From the NCBI GenBank assembly GCA_965219455.1, contig OZ244744.1:960001-1024000 (forward strand): a stretch of 64,000 nucleotides of DNA, in the 5' to 3' direction. This DNA comes from Candidatus Latescibacterota bacterium (GTDB lineage: Bacteria > Latescibacterota > UBA2968 > GCA-2709665). A program made the translations under genes and the position numbers. Below the pieces are notes generated by a model that worked only from the letters and a program-made list of their open reading frames with translations, did not search any database and had not been told where the DNA came from. This document shows positions 57,687 to 64,000 of this stretch, one piece after another (within the stretch, counting starts at the first letter, position 1; each line of letters opens with the position of its first letter).

Positions 57687-58721
57687 CTACCTGTACCGGG
57701 CTTTTATCGCCCTTCCCCGCTTTGCGCTCTTCGCGGCGAGGTCCAGAATATGGATCGGCCGCCTGGCCCATTCGGGAGTGATCACCAGCGCTTTGCCGCC
57801 CGTCAGATGCTCGGCGACGTTCTCGTAGTATGCTTCCCATTGGCTGGTCATGTTGGCGCCTTTCGTCACCACCCGCTGCTCTCCCAGTTGCCGGATCATT
57901 TCGTAAGTGCGTCCGTCAAAGACATAACTGCCTCCGGTACCCGAGATCTCCAATTGTCCCGGCCTGGGATTCGCCTCGAGCGAAGACACCGTCAGACTCA
58001 GCCACGCGCCGTTGTCGAACCTTACCACCGCGCACGCCACGTCCTCGTTCGTATCGTCCTTCCACGGCGTCTCTTCCGCCCAGAAGCCTGTCTTTGCGAA
58101 CCCCGCGACCTCGACGACGTCCGCGGGTATGATCTGGAGCGCGTACTCCAGCAGGTGCACCCCCCAATCGTACATGATGCCCCCGGAAATCGACCGGCTG
58201 CTCCGCCACCAGTCTCCCGGGTGACCGTATCCGCCGATTCGCGCGTCGACGCGGTAGATCTCGCCGATTGCCTTCTCCTCGTGGAGATGTTTCAGCGCTT
58301 CCAGAACACAGCCGTCCCAGTGCCGGTTATGGTACGCGGAAAGCAGGAGATCCCGCGCCCCGGCCTCCCGGATCATGGCGTCGCATTCAGCGGTCGTAAT
58401 GGCGAACGGCTTCTCGCTGATCACGTGCCGGCCCGCCCGCAAACACTGCAGGGCCAGCTTCGCATGGGTGTTGTGCGGCGTAATCAGCACCACCAGATTT
58501 ACGTCCGATTTACTCAACATCTCCGAAACAGAGCGATATTGTTCGATTCCCGGGAAATCCGTCTCTGCCGCGGCCAGCCGCGCCGGATCCGTCTCGGCCA
58601 CCGCGCAGGGCGTCATTCCCGCTTTTCGCATATCCAACAGGTGGCGCCGGCCCATTTCGAAGGCCGCACCGTATCCGACCACACCTGTCCTGACGTCCGC
58701 CGCCCGTTCGAATTTCTCCAT
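57687..58721 (-). CDS. Gfo/Idh/MocA family oxidoreductase
   Basis: GVVGYG, ISEKPF, YHNRHWD, GGIMYDWGVH. Confidence 0.9.
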   Translation of the reverse strand: MEKFERAADVRTGVVGYGAAFEMGRRHLLDMRKAGMTPCAVAETDPARLAAAETDFPGIEQYRSVSEMLSKSDVNLVVLITPHNTHAKLALQCLRAGRHVISEKPFAITTAECDAMIREAGARDLLLSAYHNRHWDGCVLEALKHLHEEKAIGEIYRVDARIGGYGHPGDWWRSSRSISGGIMYDWGVHLLEYALQIIPADVVEVAGFAKTGFWAEETPWKDDTNEDVACAVVRFDNGAWLSLTVSSLEANPRPGQLEISGTGGSYVFDGRTYEMIRQLGEQRVVTKGANMTSQWEAYYENVAEHLTGGKALVITPEWARRPIHILDLAAKSAKRGRAIKARYR

Positions 58722-58877
58722 CGATTGCCCCTCAACCGTGAATCTCAATAACGCACCAAAGATGAGTCCCGGCATCTGGACACGCCGGGACTCCGCTGGT
58801 CTTCATCGCGCACGATTTGTCATCCGGCTTTTGTGAGTAGGAACGGTCACGGCCGATCTGCCGTTCGCCGACAGCGT

Positions 58878-61763
58878 TCAGGACCCGTCGGTCGTGTCCG
58901 GCGGATTCCCGGCCCCGTCCTGAGGTCCGCCCTCCGCCTTTTCCGGGTAGAGCACGAAACGCGCGTAGTTCTCCATATCGAAGTGCTTCTGTGCCGCATC
59001 CCGGACAATGTCTGACGTGAGTCCGTTCACCAGGTCGTCGTACGCCAGAATCTCAACGGGGTTCAGACCATGCCAATAGTTGGACGACAGGGACCTCAGC
59101 CAGAATCCGTTTTCCTTCAACGAAGCTTCCCGACTGCGGCGATCCCCCTCCTGGACTTTTTCGATATAGGTATCCGCTGCGCCGAACTGTTTGAGGCTGT
59201 CGATCTGGGCGAAAACCGCCCGGGTAAGTTGCTCGACGCTGTCGGGCGCGCAGCCGAAGTCGATCCGGATCCGGTACCGTTGCTCGGGATAATGGGACGT
59301 GAACACCCGCACCCCCACGCCGTAGGTCCCGCCCATCTCCTCCCTCAGGACCTCGCGAAGCCTGATTCGGAGTACGTCGATTGCCGACCCCAGGTTGTAA
59401 CGGTTCCTGCGGCTCCATTCGAAGGGCCCGGTGAAGACGATCCGGTTGCTGCTCTTGGGTTCCAGGCCCCTGTGGACGGTTTTTTCAATAACGCCCCGGG
59501 GAGGCCGCAAACCCACGTCGCGCCAGGTCTCGTTTCGCCGGGTCGCCGGCAGCCCGCCCAGGTAAGTCTTTACCAGGGGACGGATGCGATCCGGATCGAT
59601 GTTGCCCACAAAAAAGAAGTTGAAATCGCTCGCATCGGCAAACCGATCCTTGTAAATCTCCAACGAGCGCTCGAGATTCAATTCTTCCAGCAGCGCTTCC
59701 GACCACACCCTCGCACGGTGGTGGTATTGCGACATCGTGACCTGAATCGTATCGCCGAATGCCGCCGCCGGGCTGGCGCTGCGGTTTTCCAGCGATCCGC
59801 GGATGCGTTGAACGTAGGCCTGAAACGCGTCAGGGTCTTTACGTGGCGCCGTGAATGTGAGGTAGACCAGCTGGAACATCGTTTCCAGGTCCTTCAACGA
59901 CGCGCTGCCCCGGACCCCTTCGCGAAGTCCCTGGATCCAGGGCGATACGCGCACGACCTTACCCGCCAGTTTCTTTTCCAGGCCGATCGCGTCGAAGGTT
60001 CCCAGGCCGGCTTCCTGGACGACAGCCGATGCGGTCGCGGCCGCGACATAGTCCTGGTCCGAGACCAGCCCGTGCCCGCCGGGGCTGAATGCCGTAAACA
60101 GCACTTCGTCGTTCTTGAAGTCGGTCGGTTTGAGCACAACGCGCACGCCGTTCGCGAGCGTCCACTCCGTCACACCCAGTTCGGCTATTTCCTTCTGCGC
60201 GACGATTTCGGCGGGCTGCGGCGGCGTTTCGATCAGCGGGCGGCCCGAGACCGCGTCTTCGTACGGCTCGATCGCCTTCTCCTTGACGCGCGCGATTACC
60301 CCCGTCAGATCCGCTTCCGACGGCATCGGGGCATCCGGCTTCTCCGGACCGTCGACCAGCACCACGCGGTCGCGGTCGGTAATCCAATCGCCCGCCAGGC
60401 GGTTCACCTCGGCCAGTTCGATGCCGGGCACCACCTCCTGATACATCTTGTACTCGTACTCGATACCGGGAATCGGCTCGTCCGTCAGGAAATGCCGGAT
60501 ATACTCCGATGCGAAACTGCGGGACCGCACCTTGTCTCTCTCCGCGTTCGACCGCTCCATTGAACGGAGCGCCTCTGTTTTCTCCCGGTCCAGTTCCGAC
60601 TGCGTGAACCCGTGCAGGCGCACCCTCCTGGCTTCCGTGAGTACGGCCTCCAGGCCCCGCTGGATGCCACCCTCTCTCACACCGGCACCCAGCGCATAGA
60701 ACTCGCGAGTGCGGATAAAGCGACCCTGGCTGGAGAAAGCGAACATGTAAGGCGCATCGGGTTTCTTGGTCAATTCATGCAGCCGCGCGTTCAGCATCCT
60801 GTTGTACAGGGACTCGACAATATTCTGTCTGTAAGCCTCGGCCGAATTCTGCTCCCGCAGGGGTTGCTTATAGTAGATGGAAATATTCGTGCGCGTCGCC
60901 TCCGGATCGGTCGCAATGGCGAACAGGGTCTCTTCGTGCCCCGGCACCGGATACAGCGTCCGTCTTCTGGGCTGGCTCGCTGGAGGAATCCGCGCGAAAT
61001 GTTCCTGAATCAATCCCTCGATCCATTCCGTCTCGAAATCGCCCACGGCAATGACGGCCATCAGGTCCGGGCGGTACCAGTCCCGGTAAAAACGCTTCGC
61101 CGCCTCGTGTTTGAACGTATCGAGCACGGCCTTTTTTCCTATGGGCAGCCTTTCCGCGTATCGAGAACCCTTGAGCAGTATTGGAAACTGCTTGTCCCGC
61201 AGCCGGGCGCCCGCGCCCTGGCCCAGCCGCCACTCCTCGATCACCACCCCTCGCTCCTTATCGATCTCTTCCGCTTCAAAGAGAACGCCCGACGCCCAGT
61301 CCTCCAGAATCCGGAACGCCTGCGTGACAACCTGCGCGCTATCGGTGGGCACCTGGAGCATATACACGGTTTCGTCGAAACTTGTGTACGCATTCAGGTC
61401 CGGCCCGAAACGCATGCCGATCGACTCCAGGTAATCCACCAGGTCCTGCTTGGGAAAATTCCGGGTTCCGTTGAACGCCATATGCTCCACGAAATGCGCC
61501 AGCCCCTTCTGATCCTCGTCTTCCAGAATCGAACCCGCATTCACCACCAGGCGCAACTCCGCGCGGTTCTCCGGCCGTTTGTTTTCGCGGATAATGTAGC
61601 GGATGCCGTTCTGCAGCCTGCCGAGCGTCAGATTCGGATCCACCGGCATTTTGGGCGCAGGGGGCGGCGCGGGTGCTTGCGGCGGAACCGCCTTCTGCGA
61701 AGTCGCGCAGGCTCCAATCAATGTGAGACACAACAAAACCGGCAACCGCATTGCGTATTTCAT
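58878..61763 (-). CDS. pqqL: M16B zinc metallopeptidase lipoprotein (PqqL-like)
   Basis: Lipobox LIGAC, GLAHFVEHMAFNGT (HxxEH), NAYTSFDETVY, LREEMGGTY. Confidence 0.9.
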   Translation of the reverse strand: MKYAMRLPVLLCLTLIGACATSQKAVPPQAPAPPPAPKMPVDPNLTLGRLQNGIRYIIRENKRPENRAELRLVVNAGSILEDEDQKGLAHFVEHMAFNGTRNFPKQDLVDYLESIGMRFGPDLNAYTSFDETVYMLQVPTDSAQVVTQAFRILEDWASGVLFEAEEIDKERGVVIEEWRLGQGAGARLRDKQFPILLKGSRYAERLPIGKKAVLDTFKHEAAKRFYRDWYRPDLMAVIAVGDFETEWIEGLIQEHFARIPPASQPRRRTLYPVPGHEETLFAIATDPEATRTNISIYYKQPLREQNSAEAYRQNIVESLYNRMLNARLHELTKKPDAPYMFAFSSQGRFIRTREFYALGAGVREGGIQRGLEAVLTEARRVRLHGFTQSELDREKTEALRSMERSNAERDKVRSRSFASEYIRHFLTDEPIPGIEYEYKMYQEVVPGIELAEVNRLAGDWITDRDRVVLVDGPEKPDAPMPSEADLTGVIARVKEKAIEPYEDAVSGRPLIETPPQPAEIVAQKEIAELGVTEWTLANGVRVVLKPTDFKNDEVLFTAFSPGGHGLVSDQDYVAAATASAVVQEAGLGTFDAIGLEKKLAGKVVRVSPWIQGLREGVRGSASLKDLETMFQLVYLTFTAPRKDPDAFQAYVQRIRGSLENRSASPAAAFGDTIQVTMSQYHHRARVWSEALLEELNLERSLEIYKDRFADASDFNFFFVGNIDPDRIRPLVKTYLGGLPATRRNETWRDVGLRPPRGVIEKTVHRGLEPKSSNRIVFTGPFEWSRRNRYNLGSAIDVLRIRLREVLREEMGGTYGVGVRVFTSHYPEQRYRIRIDFGCAPDSVEQLTRAVFAQIDSLKQFGAADTYIEKVQEGDRRSREASLKENGFWLRSLSSNYWHGLNPVEILAYDDLVNGLTSDIVRDAAQKHFDMENYARFVLYPEKAEGGPQDGAGNPPDTTDGS

Positions 61764-61772
61764 ACAAAAACC

Positions 61773-63107
61773 TCAGGTATCAGGAGTCCACGTCTCGGCG
61801 AGCGGTCGATGGGTGAACGCCTTTGAGCCACCTCCGATATAATCGCCCGCAATTTGCCCGTTCCCCTCAATGATGTATTTGTAAATCACCAGACCCTCAA
61901 GGCCTACGGGCCCCCGGCTGTGCAACCGGTTGGTGCTGATGCCCACCTCCGCGCCCAGGCCGTAGCGGAAACCGTCGGCAAAACGGGTCGACGCGTTGTG
62001 CAACGTGGACGCGGAATCCACCTCGCGCAGGAATCTGGACGCCGCACCCCGGTCTTCCGTCACGATCGCATCGGTGTGGTTGCTGCCGTAGCGATTGATA
62101 TGATCGACCGCCTCCTGAACGCCATTCACCACCCTGACGGAGATCACCATATCGAGGTATTCCGTTCCCCAGTCGGTCTCCGTCGCCGGAACCAGCGCCT
62201 CTCCTGCCAGCGTTCGCGTCAACTTGTCCCCCCGCACATCGACGCCGTTCCGCTGGTATATCTCCACCATCTCCGGCAGAAATTCTCCGGCGATATCCCT
62301 GTCTACAAGCAACGTCTCCACCGCGTTGCACGCTGAGGGATACTGGATCTTGGCATCCAGACAGATCCGTTTCGCCTTCTCGAGATCCGCCGTCGCGTGT
62401 ACGTACACGTGGCAGTTTCCGTCGGCATGCCCCATCACCGGAATCCTGGTATTCCGCATAATGTGCCGGACAAGCGCGTTACCGCCACGGGGGATGATCA
62501 GGTCGATCAGATGGTGCAGATCCAGTATGGCCTGCACCTCCTCGCGCGCCTCCATCAGATGCATCCAGCCATTTGGAGTACCTGGTAACCCGCGCGTCGA
62601 CGCAATGAGGACGTTCGCCAGCGCGCGATTGGTATGAAACGCCTCGCTGCCGCCCTTCAACAGCGCCGCATTGCCCGACTTCAGACAGAGCGTGGCAATC
62701 TGCACCAGCGCGTCGGGCCGCGATTCGAACACGATGCCCACCACGCCGATCGGTACTGATACTTTATACAGGTTCAACCCCTTGTCCATCTCCGTCGCCG
62801 CCAACGTTCGGCCAATGGGATCCACCTGGGCCTTCACACTGCGCACCCCCGGTATGATCTCGTTGCGCAGCTTGCCCTCATCCACCTTCAGCCGGCCGAC
62901 CAGCGCACCGGTCAACCTGCCTTCGGCCAGCAGGACGTCCGCCGCTTCCAGGTCCCGTCGGTTCGCCTCCAGAATGGCGCCCGCTTTGGCCTCGAGACCA
63001 CGCGCGATCGCCTCCAGCGCCGCGTTGCGTTCCTCCTCGGACGCGTTGCTCAATTGCAATGCCGCGGCCCGGGCGCCCTCGGCTCTGGCTCGAATTTCGT
63101 CTGACAT
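61773..63107 (-). CDS. proA: Gamma-glutamyl phosphate reductase
   Basis: VPIGVVGIVFESRP, IIPRGG, CNAVET, NASTRFADG, GAEVGIST..RGPVGL. Confidence 0.95.
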   Translation of the reverse strand: MSDEIRARAEGARAAALQLSNASEEERNAALEAIARGLEAKAGAILEANRRDLEAADVLLAEGRLTGALVGRLKVDEGKLRNEIIPGVRSVKAQVDPIGRTLAATEMDKGLNLYKVSVPIGVVGIVFESRPDALVQIATLCLKSGNAALLKGGSEAFHTNRALANVLIASTRGLPGTPNGWMHLMEAREEVQAILDLHHLIDLIIPRGGNALVRHIMRNTRIPVMGHADGNCHVYVHATADLEKAKRICLDAKIQYPSACNAVETLLVDRDIAGEFLPEMVEIYQRNGVDVRGDKLTRTLAGEALVPATETDWGTEYLDMVISVRVVNGVQEAVDHINRYGSNHTDAIVTEDRGAASRFLREVDSASTLHNASTRFADGFRYGLGAEVGISTNRLHSRGPVGLEGLVIYKYIIEGNGQIAGDYIGGGSKAFTHRPLAETWTPDT

Positions 63108-63193
63108 TTCCGACAACCTCCTGCGGAAATCCTTAAATGGTCGTACCTGGCAATGAGTCTTCCTCGGTGGCGGATTCGCCGTTCTGAGACCCG

Positions 63194-64000
63194 CTACAGT
63201 TCGAGGCCCACCTTTCGCCCCGTCTCCACGATCTGCTCCCAGGTCGAGTCCGGAACGGGAATGCCGGATTTCGACCGTTCCTTCCTGGTCCGCCACGACC
63301 GCTCACCCGGCACCAGCACCTCGTGCGACCCCGGCGCCGGTTCGGCCGATTTCACGTAGTCCACGAATCGCTTCACCTCCGCCTTGAACGCGTCGAGCGG
63401 CCGAAAGGCTTCAATATTGATGGCCTGCACAAAAAGCGCGTTCCCCGTCACCTTCGAGTCCTGGCGGGAACACCCGGCCGGTGAGAGCGCACCCGAGAGA
63501 ATGTCGATCACGAAGGCCAGGCCGTATCCCTTGTGCGCCACGGGACCGCCGAACGGCAGCAGCGCGCCTTTCGGTTCCGTCATATACACCCCGGGATCGT
63601 TTGTCGGATAGCCTTCGTGATCGATCATCCAGCCGTCCGGCATCCGTTCACCCTTCGCCAGTGTCACGCGGACCTTGCCTCCGGCCGCCACCGCAGTGGT
63701 AAAGTCCAGGGCGATCGGAAATTCCCCCGCCGATGGGCAGGCGACTGCGAGGCAATTCGCGGGCAGTACCCGCCCGATCCCGCCCGACGGAGGCATCGCC
63801 AGATCGGCCCCGTGTCCGTTATTCGCCAGCATTCCGATCATGCCGGCTTCGGCAGCCAGCGGCGAAAAAGCGCCAAGCCGGCCGACGTGGTTACACCGGT
63901 GAACCGTGACCAGCCCCACCGAGGCCTCGCGGGCCTTGCGTATGGCCACGTTCATTGCAGCCACCGCGGTCACGTGTCCGAACCCCCAGTTCCCGTTCAA
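63194..64000 (-). CDS. Ldh_2 family (malate/L-lactate/sulfolactate dehydrogenase-like) oxidoreductase, 5' end outside the window
   Basis: NHVGRLG, LDFTT, LLPFGG..HKGYGL, VLVPGE. Confidence 0.9.
   Translation of the reverse strand: MNGNWGFGHVTAVAAMNVAIRKAREASVGLVTVHRCNHVGRLGAFSPLAAEAGMIGMLANNGHGADLAMPPSGGIGRVLPANCLAVACPSAGEFPIALDFTTAVAAGGKVRVTLAKGERMPDGWMIDHEGYPTNDPGVYMTEPKGALLPFGGPVAHKGYGLAFVIDILSGALSPAGCSRQDSKVTGNALFVQAINIEAFRPLDAFKAEVKRFVDYVKSAEPAPGSHEVLVPGERSWRTRKERSKSGIPVPDSTWEQIVETGRKVGLEL

Noticed and set aside
58878-61763. PQQ biosynthesis linking pqqL to the PQQ-like propellers
   Set aside because: No pqqA-E genes; PqqL-type M16 peptidases are general periplasmic proteases, and this one lies about 25 kb from the operon.
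59070-61826. Long opposite-strand ORFs (also 6041-7327, 8073-9020, 16674-17984, 21824-23101, 28166-29323, 35562-38139)
   Set aside because: They overlap well-supported genes on the other strand, lack family motifs, and are expected in high-GC DNA.

Overview
GC-rich bacterial genomic window with no rRNA, tRNA or CRISPR array that I can see. The gene content (signal-peptide WD40 protein, PhyH-like oxygenase, several PQQ-like beta-propellers, Gfo/Idh/MocA enzymes, heparinase-like and PL26-like proteins, IS1595 relic) resembles Poribacteria/Latescibacteria/Gemmatimonadota/Planctomycetota-type organisms; this is an inference, not an assignment. The main feature is a tightly coupled minus-strand operon of about 23.5 kb (10781-34272) that looks like an uncharacterised small-molecule or cofactor biosynthesis and trafficking system without PKS/NRPS. 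It encodes a GriC/EhpF-like adenylating enzyme, a GriD-like ALDH-fold protein lacking the catalytic Glu, an Fe-alcohol dehydrogenase, a HemN-like radical SAM enzyme, a PaaK-like ligase, a flavin-dependent halogenase-like enzyme, a GT4 with a CxxC motif, a hotdog thioesterase and three secreted PQQ-like beta-propellers. Its transport genes are a TonB-dependent receptor, a small DMT-like membrane protein, a LolD/FtsX-type ABC system and a TAXI-TRAP importer. Elsewhere there are catabolic genes, a LarA/PL26-like/Gfo block, a GT2+ArnT pair, two toxin-antitoxin pairs, a MITE with a clean target-site duplication, mosaics of REP-like repeats, a decaying IS/pseudogene region (45.9-50.3 kb) and an AT-richer island of orphan membrane genes built from a repeated module (52.9-55.2 kb). 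Several start codons were moved from the ORF track using RBS position and family motifs. All functional calls come from motif recognition; no database searches were run.
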